Source of the DNA: Thermomicrobiales bacterium
GTDB lineage: Bacteria > Chloroflexota > Chloroflexia > Thermomicrobiales > UBA6265
DNA length: 36,906 bases
Reading direction: 5' to 3'
Assembly (NCBI GenBank): GCA_025928015.1
Contig: JAICKJ010000002.1
Location: forward strand, 1-36,906
Shown: positions 25,760-33,411 of the stretch, in pieces
Layout of the letters: each line of letters starts with the position of its first letter
How positions within the stretch are numbered: position 1 is the stretch's first letter
Notes under the pieces: generated by a model
What the model saw: only the letters and a program-made list of their open reading frames with translations
Databases searched by the model: none
Told to the model about the DNA's origin: nothing
Position numbers and translations under genes: made by a program

Positions 25760-26364
25760 GCCAGCATCCCCTTGGTCGATGGCACCGCGTTCGGGTCGCC
25801 AGTACGCCGGATGGAGGCGCGCAACGCGAGCGCGGCGGATTTGAAGATCGCCTCGGCGGCATGGTGGGCGTTGCGGGCGCGCAGCAAGTCGATGTGCATC
25901 GTCAGCCCGGCGTTCATCGCGACCGCGCGCCAGAATTCCTCGACCAGACTGCTGGCGAAGTTCGCGCCGATGACCGGTTCCGGCATCTCGGCGGCGAAAT
26001 GGAGGTAGGGACGCCCCGAGCAATCAATGACCGTTCGCGCCAGCGCTTCATCCAGCGGCGCATAGGCGAAGCCGTAGCGCTCGATTCCACGCCGGTCGCC
26101 GAGGGCGGCCCGCAATGCCTGTCCGAAAGCGATGCCGGTGTCTTCGACCGTGTGATGCGGATCCATCGCCGCGTCGCCAGCGCAGCGGGCAGTGATGTCC
26201 AGGCGGCCGTGCCGCGCGAGTGCGTCGAGCATGTGATCGAGGAACGGGACACCCGTATCGATGTCTGCCTGGCCGCTGCCATCGAGCGACAACGAAAGTG
26301 TTACGTCGGTCTCGCCAGTCTCGCGCTGAATCTCCGCGCGCCGCGGATTCGCCTCGATCCTCAC
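25756..26364 (-). CDS. hisB: imidazoleglycerol-phosphate dehydratase
   Basis: RETGETDVTLSLSLDGSG, TGVPFLDHMLDALARHG, DPHHTVEDTGIAFG and NAHHAAEAIFKS are IGPD signature motifs. Confidence 0.95.
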   Translation of the reverse strand: MRIEANPRRAEIQRETGETDVTLSLSLDGSGQADIDTGVPFLDHMLDALARHGRLDITARCAGDAAMDPHHTVEDTGIAFGQALRAALGDRRGIERYGFAYAPLDEALARTVIDCSGRPYLHFAAEMPEPVIGANFASSLVEEFWRAVAMNAGLTMHIDLLRARNAHHAAEAIFKSAALALRASIRRTGDPNAVPSTKGMLA

Positions 26365-27500
26365 GCCCGCGCTCCTTCCATCGTTCGCTCATTCTCGGGG
26401 ATCATCGTCTCCAGGATCTCTCGCACCTCCGTGAGGAAGATGTCGTTCTCCTCCGGCGTGCCCACGTTGACCCGGATGCAATCGATCAGCCCGAGCGAGG
26501 GATTCGGGTACCGCCGGATGAAGACGCCACGCCGCGCCAGCTCGTCGGCGATCGGGCCGGCGTCGGTGACCGGCAACCGGACGAGCAGGAAATTTGTCGC
26601 CGACGGGTAGGCGATGACGCCGTGCAGCGCGTTGAGGTGCGCGAACATCCGATCCCGTTCCTGGCAGATGGCGGCGATATTCTCCTGCAAGGCGGCGAAG
26701 TCCTCGATCGAAGCGATGGCCGCGGCCGCCGCGACGGCGGAGACGTTGCAGAAGGGCGGCGTGACGAGCGGCAGGTACGGCACGAGCGCCGTCGGAATGA
26801 GGCCGTAGCCGACCCGATAGCCCGCCAGGCTAGCGAACTTGCTCATCGTCCGCAGGATGACGACATTCGGGTAGCGGTCCGCCAACGCGCGGTGGCTCGT
26901 GCCGCTGAACTCGGCGTACGCCTCGTCGATCGCGACCAGACAGGGGACGGAACGCACGACTTGGTCGACCTGCCCCATCGGGAAGAGGTTGCCGGTCGGG
27001 TTGTTCGGGTTGCAGATGATGACGAGCTTCGTGCGGTCTGAGATCGCCGCGATGAGTGCGTCCGGATTGAGCGCGAACTCCGGCGCGCCGCCGAGCGGCA
27101 CGTTCCGGATCGTCGCGCCATGGAGCGAAAAGAGGCTGCGGTAGACGCCGAAGGTCGGCTCCGAGATGATGACCTCGTCGCCCGGCTCGATGATCAGCAT
27201 CGCCAGCGTGTTGAAGACGTCGTCCAGTCCGGCGCCAGCGACGACCCGCTCGACCGGCGCGTCCAGATACCTGGCGAGCGCAGCGCGGAGCTCCGTTTGG
27301 GCGAAATCGGGATAGCGGCTGCTCTGCAGCAGGTCGATGATCGCCTGCTGCGCCTTTGCTGAAGGTGGGAAGGGCGACTCGTTCCAGTCCAGCCGCACGA
27401 CGCGGCCGGTTGGGGCGCTCGGCGACACGCCCGGGGCGTAGGACGCCTTGTCGCGCAATCCGGACTTGACGAGCCGGGTGAGTGCCTTCGCGTCGGTCAT
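26361..27500 (-). CDS. hisC: histidinol-phosphate aminotransferase
   Basis: 379 aa. VVRLDWNESPFPP, ICNPNNPTG and TMSKFASLAGYRVGY (PLP lysine). It sits between hisG and hisB. Confidence 0.9.
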   Translation of the reverse strand: MTDAKALTRLVKSGLRDKASYAPGVSPSAPTGRVVRLDWNESPFPPSAKAQQAIIDLLQSSRYPDFAQTELRAALARYLDAPVERVVAGAGLDDVFNTLAMLIIEPGDEVIISEPTFGVYRSLFSLHGATIRNVPLGGAPEFALNPDALIAAISDRTKLVIICNPNNPTGNLFPMGQVDQVVRSVPCLVAIDEAYAEFSGTSHRALADRYPNVVILRTMSKFASLAGYRVGYGLIPTALVPYLPLVTPPFCNVSAVAAAAAIASIEDFAALQENIAAICQERDRMFAHLNALHGVIAYPSATNFLLVRLPVTDAGPIADELARRGVFIRRYPNPSLGLIDCIRVNVGTPEENDIFLTEVREILETMIPENERTMEGARA

Positions 27501-27533
27501 CGATTCTCTCCGATCAGGACGCCGCCGCGTCGT

Positions 27534-28427
27534 CTAGAGCATCAGCTTTTCGAGCGAGGAGACGAGGATCTCGCGGGCGCCGGCGGCGCGAAGCTGCTCG
27601 ATCTTCTCCCAGAAGACATCTTCCTCGATGGCGGTATGGACCGCCACCCAGCCCTCGTCGGCGAGTGGCACGACGGTCGGCGCCTTCAGGCCGGGGACGA
27701 TGGAGCGGATGACGGGCAGTTGCGATTCGGGCGCGTTCATCATCACGTATTTGAAGCGCTTGGCCGCCTGGACCGCGCGGATGCGCAACAGCAACCGGTC
27801 GATGTTCGGCCGCAGCTCCGGATTATCCATTGACCGCTTGTTGGCGACCAGCACAGCCTCCGATTCGAGGATGGTGTGGATCGAGCGAAGGTCGTTGAGC
27901 AGGAGCGATGAGCCGGTGGCCGTCAGTTCGACGACGGCGTCGGCGATATCGAGCGAGGGCGCGACTTCGACCGAACCGCTGATCGTGATGATGTCCGGTC
28001 TGCCGCCGATCGAGGCGAAATATTTCCGCGCCGATTCCGGATATGAGGTGGCGATGCGGGCGGAGCAGAGCTCCGCCGGCGACTGGAAGCCGGAATCGCG
28101 CAGCACGGCGACGACGAGGGTGCAGTAGCCAAAGCCGAGCGGCTCCAGCTCGATCGCGTCGATGCCCTGCTCGTGGATCAGATTGCGACCGACGATGCCG
28201 AGGTCGACGGTGCCCAGCCCGACATAATCCGGAATGTCGTCGTCGCGGCTGTAGAGGATCGAGAGGGGGAAATTGCGGCACCGCGAGAAGAGGCGTTGCC
28301 CGTAACTCTCGAAGCTGAGGCCGATCTGATGCAGGAGATTGAGCGAATCGTCGGTCAGCCGGCCGGACCGCTGCATCGCGAGCTTGAGCTGGTTGTCGCC
28401 ATTGATGAGCGAGCGGCTCTTCGCCAT
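27534..28427 (-). CDS. hisG: ATP phosphoribosyltransferase, long form with C-terminal regulatory domain
   Basis: LKLAMQRSGRLTDDSLNLL resembles the long-form HisG N-terminus. DIPDYVGLGTVDLGIVG and ELTATGSSLLLNDL are present. 297 aa from ATG 28427. The ORF-track start at 28544 is an upstream extension. Confidence 0.9.
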   Translation of the reverse strand: MAKSRSLINGDNQLKLAMQRSGRLTDDSLNLLHQIGLSFESYGQRLFSRCRNFPLSILYSRDDDIPDYVGLGTVDLGIVGRNLIHEQGIDAIELEPLGFGYCTLVVAVLRDSGFQSPAELCSARIATSYPESARKYFASIGGRPDIITISGSVEVAPSLDIADAVVELTATGSSLLLNDLRSIHTILESEAVLVANKRSMDNPELRPNIDRLLLRIRAVQAAKRFKYVMMNAPESQLPVIRSIVPGLKAPTVVPLADEGWVAVHTAIEEDVFWEKIEQLRAAGAREILVSSLEKLML

Positions 28428-28514
28428 GGGTACGCAGGACTTCCTTCGAGGGGCAAACGCGGACGGCGTGGGCCGCCGAACGCGCGATGCCCACGCTGCC
28501 ATCGCCAATGAGGA

Positions 28515-28525
28515 CTTGTACCATG
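28515..28525 (-). promoter_or_regulatory. extended -10 promoter candidate (TGgTACAAG) upstream of hisG
   Basis: The minus strand reads CATGGTACAAG (plus-strand CTTGTACCATG, 28515-28525). Immediately upstream on the minus strand is a 9-bp-stem hairpin, ATGCTTGTG/CACAAGCAT (28523-28548). Confidence 0.35.
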
Positions 28526-28556
28526 CTTGTGATTCCCTGCACAAGCATTCGATGTC

Positions 28557-28979
28557 CTATTGCCGTGGACGTCCCGAACCGCGGCCGGGTGGGTGCACAA
28601 CGAGATCGAGCACCATCCAGAGGCAGACGGCGACCGGGTAGAAGGCGATCGGCAGCCCAACGGCGAGGATGACCCCGATGATCTGAAGCTGGAGGACCGA
28701 CAGACTCGTCGCGATCATCAGCCAGATGACGATGCCGACGGCGGCCAGTTCGGTCACGCCGATGTTGATGACGTAGGAGCCGAGGAAGTAGCCGTCTTCG
28801 TAGGCGAAGAGCGTGTGACAGTGCGGGCAGCGTTCTTTCAGGGTGAAGTAGGACGAGAAGATGCCGCCTCCGCCACAGTACGGGCAGTGACGGCGGATCG
28901 CCCGGGAGAACGTGATCCAGGTTCGCTTTCCGGTCTCGGCGGGAAGGACGGGAACGAGAGGTTCTGACAACGTCGACAT
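28557..28979 (-). CDS. DUF983-family small membrane protein with zinc-ribbon
   Basis: HCPYCGGGGIFSSYFTLKERCPHCHTLF (two CxxC pairs) is followed by two TM helices. ATG at 28979. The ORF-track start at 29102 runs across an intergenic palindrome. Confidence 0.7.
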   Translation of the reverse strand: MSTLSEPLVPVLPAETGKRTWITFSRAIRRHCPYCGGGGIFSSYFTLKERCPHCHTLFAYEDGYFLGSYVINIGVTELAAVGIVIWLMIATSLSVLQLQIIGVILAVGLPIAFYPVAVCLWMVLDLVVHPPGRGSGRPRQ

Positions 28980-29059
28980 GGCTTTCCGAACGAAAAACAC
29001 CGGGAGCTCGTCCCGGAGAACGTACCTTCCATAAGGATACGAGAACGGTGCCGCGAGTT

Positions 29060-29091
29060 CCATCCGGCCATGGCGCGCCATGGCCGGATGG
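29060..29091. promoter_or_regulatory. 32-bp perfect palindrome (candidate operator or cruciform) in the divergent DUF983/comM intergenic region
   Basis: CCATCCGGCCATGGCGCGCCATGGCCGGATGG is its own reverse complement (checked base by base). It ends 1 nt before a CATGGTACA promoter-like motif. Confidence 0.5.
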
Positions 29092-29092
29092 G

Positions 29093-29103
29093 CATGGTAC
29101 ATT
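29093..29103 (+). promoter_or_regulatory. extended -10 promoter candidate (TGgTACATT) upstream of comM
   Basis: CATGGTACATT at 29093-29103, about 108 nt upstream of the comM TTG start. This is the third copy of the CATGGTACA core in the window. Confidence 0.35.
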
Positions 29104-29210
29104 CACCGGAGGTGATTCAACGAACGACGCGGCCCGAATTCGCGCATCAGGAAGCATGGTGCGCCCGATGCCGGGCTGTCTGACTGGCTGGATGGCGGGG
29201 AGCATGCGGG

Positions 29211-30734
29211 TTGCTGGCGAAGGTGTTGAGCTGCGCGGTTGTCGGGCTGGACGGAGTGCTCGTCGAGGTCGAGGTGGATATCGGCGGCGGGCAACCGGGC
29301 ATGATCCTGGTCGGGCTGCCGGACGCCGCCGTGCAGGAGAGCCGCGAGCGTGTGCGGGCGGCGATCCGGAACTCGGCCGGCGGCCGCTTCCCCCACGGCA
29401 AGATCACGGTCAATCTCGCCCCGGCCGATCTGAAGAAGGCGGGGCCGACCTATGACCTGCCGATCGCAACCGGCATTCTCTGCGCGTCGCATCAGATCCT
29501 CGCGCCGATCGACGACGCACTGATCGTCGGCGAGCTCTCGCTGGATGGCATCGTCCGGCACACGCCGGGGATCATCGCGATGGTCTCGCTGGCGGCCGAG
29601 AAGGGGCTGCAACGCGCCTTCGTGCCCGCGGAAGACGCGAAGGAAGCGTCACTGATCGAAGGGATCTCGGTCTACCCGGTGCGCACGCTCGCCGATCTCG
29701 TCAATCACCTGAACGAGGAGGTTCCGATCGCGCCTCTGACGCCCGAGGCGATCGAACAGCCGGTCGAGAACTCGACCGGCGTCGATTTCGCCGACGTGCG
29801 TGGACAGGAGCACGTGAAGCGCGGACTGGAGGTCGCCGCCGCCGGCGCCCACAACGTCGTCATGACGGGACCACCCGGCTCGGGGAAGACGCTGCTGGCG
29901 CGGGCGCTGCCTTCGATCATGCCGGCGATGAGCCTGGAGGAGGCGCTGGAGGTCACCCGCATCTACAGCGTCCGTGGCCTCCTGCCGCCGGAGACGCCGC
30001 TCGTGCGCTCGCGCCCGTTCCGCTCGCCGCACCACACGACCAGCCACGCCGGTCTGATCGGAGGCGGCACCTGGCCGCGGCCGGGCGAGATCAGCCTCGC
30101 GCACCGGGGCGTGCTCTTTCTCGACGAGCTGCCCGAGTTTAGCACCCAAACGCTGGAGGTGCTGCGTCAGCCGCTCGAGGACCGCCGCGTGACGTTGGCG
30201 AGAGCCGCCGGCACGTTGAGCTTTCCCGCCAACGTCACGCTCGTCGCGGCGATGAACCCGTGTCCCTGCGGATTCTTTGGCGATCCGGCGCGTGAGTGCC
30301 GATGCGCGTCATCGGCCGTGACCCGCTACCAGAAGCGGATCAGCGGTCCGCTGCTCGACCGCATCGACATTCATCTCGAAGTGCCGCGCATCGATTACGA
30401 GCAGCTCGCCGATCGCCGCCAGGGCGAGCAGTCGGAGAGCGTGAGGGCGCGTGTCGAGGAGGCACGCGCCGTCCAGGCGAAGCGATTCGCCGACACAGCC
30501 ATCCTGACGAACGCGGACATGGGGCCGAAGGAGGTCCAGACCTTCGCCGCGCTCGATGCCGCGGGCGAGCAGCTCATGCGGGCAGCCGTGCGTCAGCTCA
30601 ACCTCTCCGCCCGCGCCTACCACCGCGTCCTGAAGCTTTCCCGCACCATCGCCGATCTTGCCGGCGAGCCGGACATCCTCTCCCATCACGTCGCCGAGGC
30701 GCTGCAATATCGGCCGCGCACGATCGATGCATGA
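29211..30734 (+). CDS. comM: Mg-chelatase-like AAA+ protein, YifB/ComM family
   Basis: (M)LAKVLSCAVVGLDGVLVEVEVD is the typical family N-terminus. Lon-protease-like domain, Walker A GPPGSGKT, Walker B VLFLDELPEF, and the CPCG...C.C zinc motif. TTG start at 29211. Confidence 0.9.
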   Translation: MLAKVLSCAVVGLDGVLVEVEVDIGGGQPGMILVGLPDAAVQESRERVRAAIRNSAGGRFPHGKITVNLAPADLKKAGPTYDLPIATGILCASHQILAPIDDALIVGELSLDGIVRHTPGIIAMVSLAAEKGLQRAFVPAEDAKEASLIEGISVYPVRTLADLVNHLNEEVPIAPLTPEAIEQPVENSTGVDFADVRGQEHVKRGLEVAAAGAHNVVMTGPPGSGKTLLARALPSIMPAMSLEEALEVTRIYSVRGLLPPETPLVRSRPFRSPHHTTSHAGLIGGGTWPRPGEISLAHRGVLFLDELPEFSTQTLEVLRQPLEDRRVTLARAAGTLSFPANVTLVAAMNPCPCGFFGDPARECRCASSAVTRYQKRISGPLLDRIDIHLEVPRIDYEQLADRRQGEQSESVRARVEEARAVQAKRFADTAILTNADMGPKEVQTFAALDAAGEQLMRAAVRQLNLSARAYHRVLKLSRTIADLAGEPDILSHHVAEALQYRPRTIDA

Positions 30735-30793
30735 GGGACGGAGGTAGTATGTCGCGACGGTGGTTAGGGGAACCAGCCATTGCCGCCTGCGCC

Positions 30794-30999
30794 GCGCGGG
30801 GCTGAAACCCCCGCGCTTACTCCTTGAGGAAGCCGGCTAAAGACCGGCTGGGAGCGAACAGAGTCGCGAATTCAGGGGCGGCAGCGCACGAGGTCAGTAA
30901 GCAGGTCGCATCTTGTCTCGCCAGGTTCACCTTGCTTTACGCCAGCCGGTCTTCAGCCGGCTTTGGTCCGGAGTGAGCGCGGGATGTTTACTCCCGCGC
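30794..30999. repeat. composite inverted repeat: two ~56-nt double-hairpin units in opposite orientation flanking ~94 bp (MITE-like or bidirectional terminator module)
   Basis: Four hairpins are present. H1 is GCGCGGGG-ctgaaac-CCCCGCGC (30794-30816). H2 is AGCCGG-ctaaaga-CCGGCT (30831-30849). H3 is AGCCGG-tcttcag-CCGGCT (30944-30962). H4 is GCGCGGGA-tgtttac-TCCCGCGC (30977-30999). The reverse complement of H3-H4 aligns with H1-H2 at roughly three-quarters identity by eye. Confidence 0.6.
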
Positions 31000-31623
31000 G
31001 ACGGCGGAGTTCGCGCTGCGGGATCGAAGCGCCTCCTCGACCTCCTCAAGCCGCTTCCTGGCCTCGTTCTCGATCTCTGTCGCCTCATCATTCAGCCGGG
31101 CCGCCGTCTCCGCGTCCTTGATCAGCGCGGTGTTGACGCGAACATTAATGAGCGCGGCGCGGACCGCCAGATCCGCGAGGATGGCGCCGATGCGGGCGTC
31201 GGAGAGGACGTGTTTGTTGCCACGCGCGGCGACCGGTTGCAAGCAGCCGAGCGTGGCGAGCGCGGTCCGGGACAGCGCGATGGGCGCTTCGGCCGCGGTG
31301 ACGAGTGCGGCTTGCATGGCCGCGCGCCGCGCGGTTTTCTCCTCGGCGGTCGACCTTGGCTGCCTGGTCGCGGCGATGTAGCCGGCATAGGCCGCCTCGT
31401 CCCGTGCCATCGCGGCAATCGAGGCATGACGGAGCGCCTGGAGCTGCGCCGCCGCCTGACAGAGTGCGGGATCGTCCGACGCATTCGGGCTGAGGGCGCT
31501 CACCATCTCCCCCAGGGCGCACCCGAGCGCATTGATCAGCCCTGCGACACTGCCGCCGCCCGGTGTTGGCGCCGAGGAGGCGAGGGCGTCGAGGTAGTCT
31601 CGGATGGTCGTCTGGTCACTCAC
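30988..31623 (-). CDS. cyclodeaminase/cyclohydrolase family protein (FTCD_C-like; formimidoyl- or methenyl-tetrahydrofolate)
   Basis: YLDALASSAPTPGGGSVAGLINALGCALGEMV is the hallmark N-terminal motif of this all-helical family. 211 aa. Its start overlaps the upstream gene stop by 4 nt. Confidence 0.8.
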   Translation of the reverse strand: MSDQTTIRDYLDALASSAPTPGGGSVAGLINALGCALGEMVSALSPNASDDPALCQAAAQLQALRHASIAAMARDEAAYAGYIAATRQPRSTAEEKTARRAAMQAALVTAAEAPIALSRTALATLGCLQPVAARGNKHVLSDARIGAILADLAVRAALINVRVNTALIKDAETAARLNDEATEIENEARKRLEEVEEALRSRSANSAVARE

Positions 31624-32084
31624 GCGCGCTGCTCCGATTCCTGAGACGGGAAGAGCAGGCCCAGCTCGCTGATGAACCGCTCCTCGTCGAGCTCCATCCG
31701 GTAGGCGGATTCATCGGCGCGGGGCGCCGGCGGGAAGATGAAGGTCACCCAACCCTCTTCGGCGCCGCGGCAAAGAAGATCGGTGACGCGGGTCTCGAAG
31801 GCTTTGTAGGACACGCTCGGGGTGAGCGCGCTGTAGTAGCGCTCGCCCATGCCATTGCGCGTCCAGATCATGCGGATAAGCTGCCGGTGCTTCGTCTGGG
31901 TTTCCGGCGCGGACAGCTCGTTGGACATCATGCCGCGGACGATCGCGGCGAACTTGCCGATCGGCCGCGTCTCGCCGCCGCAGACCGGGCATTGGCCATC
32001 GAGCGTCTCCTCGTGCCGAAAGCTGCGGCGACAGGTGTCGCACCAGAGGTAGGTGTGGGCGGGATCGGATGCTGGCTGCCCCAT
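31620..32084 (-). CDS. hypothetical protein with N-terminal CxxC...CxxC zinc-ribbon
   Basis: WCDTCRRSF...GQCPVCGG near the N-terminus. The remaining ~110 aa match nothing I recognise. Codon usage matches the neighbours and it is translationally coupled to the cyclodeaminase gene. Confidence 0.6.
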   Translation of the reverse strand: MGQPASDPAHTYLWCDTCRRSFRHEETLDGQCPVCGGETRPIGKFAAIVRGMMSNELSAPETQTKHRQLIRMIWTRNGMGERYYSALTPSVSYKAFETRVTDLLCRGAEEGWVTFIFPPAPRADESAYRMELDEERFISELGLLFPSQESEQRA

Positions 32085-32140
32085 ATACGTGGACCTTCCT
32101 GATTCGCGGGCGCGTGAGCGAATGTGTCTCGCAAACGGAC

Positions 32141-32173
32141 GACCCGGCCGCGCATGAAGTGCGGGGCCGGGTC
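32141..32173 (-). terminator. strong hairpin downstream of the bc operon (candidate terminator; weak U-tract)
   Basis: GACCCGGCCGCGC-atgaa-GTGCGGGGCCGGGTC forms a 13-bp stem with one mismatch. It lies 36 nt past the stop of the 68-aa gene. The minus-strand 3' flank, GTCCGTTTGCG, is only weakly T-rich. Confidence 0.4.
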
Positions 32174-32208
32174 ATCTCCTCATCAATTCATGCAGGAGCG
32201 GCCGATCG

Positions 32209-32415
32209 CTAGCGGCGGATGGTCCGCTCCTGGTACTGGTTCGGACCGCCGCCCTTGCCGATGTTGACGGCGCCCGGCTGCTCGCCGGCCCGATCGGCCC
32301 ATTTCTGGATCAGGTAGGTGATGATGATGCCGCCGATCATCATCAACAGTGCCAGCAACACCTCGATCGTGTCCGACAGGACCCCGAAGTCGAGTCCGAG
32401 ATTATCGACAATCAT
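32209..32415 (-). CDS. 68-aa single-TM protein, last gene of the bc operon (possible small subunit)
   Basis: AAAGGAGCG RBS sits 5-6 nt before the ATG. One TM helix (IEVLLALLMMIGGIIITYLI) is followed by a Gly/Gln-rich tail. It lies 42 nt downstream of the cytochrome c-cupredoxin gene. Confidence 0.55.
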   Translation of the reverse strand: MIVDNLGLDFGVLSDTIEVLLALLMMIGGIIITYLIQKWADRAGEQPGAVNIGKGGGPNQYQERTIRR

Positions 32416-32457
32416 CCGTGCGCTCCTTTCGCTGCGAAGCGTTTGCGCCGCGAAGCG

Positions 32458-33369
32458 CTAGCCCTCGACCGTCAGTGTGCCGACCATGCCCGCGGCCTCG
32501 TGGCCCGGCACGTTGCAGTAGTACTTGTACTTGCCGGGCTTGGCGTCCTTCGGGATCGTGATCTGGTAGGTCTTGCCGGGATCGAGCGGCTGGCTGATCT
32601 TAAGCTCATCGACCGAGAAGTCGTGTGGCAGCACGCCCTTGTTGACCACCGTGATCGTGTCGCCCGGCTTGACCGTGAGCTCCTTCTTGTCCCAGCCGAT
32701 ATCGACCGCATCGAGAGTCACCGCAGAGCTGCCGCCCGCCGCCGGTGTCGCTGCCGCAGGCGTGGCAGACGACGACGAAGAGGATGGCGGGGCCGGCGCC
32801 GTCGGGTAGACCGGCGGAGCGGCCGCGATGTCCTTGCAGACCGGATCGGTCGGCGTCTTCTGGCAGGTCGCGGCGGCGACATTTTGTCCGGTCGCGAGGA
32901 CGGACTGGTTGTAGACGTAGTTCCAGTCGACGTGGCCGATCATGTAGATGAGGTCGCTGATTTGCTGCTCGTTCAGCTCGTCGCCAAAGGACGGCATCAG
33001 CTTGGTCGCGCCGGGATCGGGCGGCACGCCATTCTCGATCCGGAAGTGGGCGAAAGCGGCCCCGGCCTGATCCGTCACTGCGTTACCGGTCTGGTACTTC
33101 GCCGGCTGGCCGTTCTTCGTCCGTCCCTCGTCATTGAGGATGCCGCCGATGCGGCCGTCGCCGCCAGCCGCGCCGAGACCATCCGGTCCGTGGCATTGCA
33201 GGCAATACGTGACGTAGAGCGTCGTGGCCCGTTCGATCGAGAGTTTGTTCTGGTTGGCGGCCTCCGCGTCTTGCCGATGGTTTTCGTTGGCCATGTAGAG
33301 CACCAGCAAGGTCGCAAACGCCACCATGCCGATAATGACTACCGTGGCCAGCTTCTGTACCGATCCCAC
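32458..33369 (-). CDS. membrane-anchored monohaem cytochrome c fused to a type-1 copper (cupredoxin) domain
   Basis: TM anchor LATVVIIGMVAFATLLVLYM. Haem motif CLQCHG with a distal KLMPSF Met. Pro/Ser/Ala linker APAPPSSSSSSATPAAATPAAGGSS. Cupredoxin ligands LPHDF ... YYCNVPGHEAAGMVGTLTVEG (His, Cys, His, Met). GTG 33369 has GGAGGAGAGG 6 nt upstream. TTG 33396 is the ORF-track start. Confidence 0.85.
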   Translation of the reverse strand: MGSVQKLATVVIIGMVAFATLLVLYMANENHRQDAEAANQNKLSIERATTLYVTYCLQCHGPDGLGAAGGDGRIGGILNDEGRTKNGQPAKYQTGNAVTDQAGAAFAHFRIENGVPPDPGATKLMPSFGDELNEQQISDLIYMIGHVDWNYVYNQSVLATGQNVAAATCQKTPTDPVCKDIAAAPPVYPTAPAPPSSSSSSATPAAATPAAGGSSAVTLDAVDIGWDKKELTVKPGDTITVVNKGVLPHDFSVDELKISQPLDPGKTYQITIPKDAKPGKYKYYCNVPGHEAAGMVGTLTVEG

Positions 33370-33411
33370 CCTGGACCTCTCCTCCACGGGCCGCAAACGG
33401 CCGTCTGCGAC

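Noticed and set aside
28428-28514. Possible histidine attenuator leader upstream of hisG
   Set aside because: There is no run of His codons in any frame. The in-frame upstream ATG (MAAWASRV...) just extends hisG without conserved sequence. One hairpin (GCGTGGGC/GCCCACGC) is present but has no convincing U-tract.
28980-29102. N-terminal extension of the DUF983 ORF (start at 29102)
   Set aside because: The extension is translated from the 32-bp palindrome and the promoter-like region. DUF983 homology and a plausible start begin at ATG 28979.
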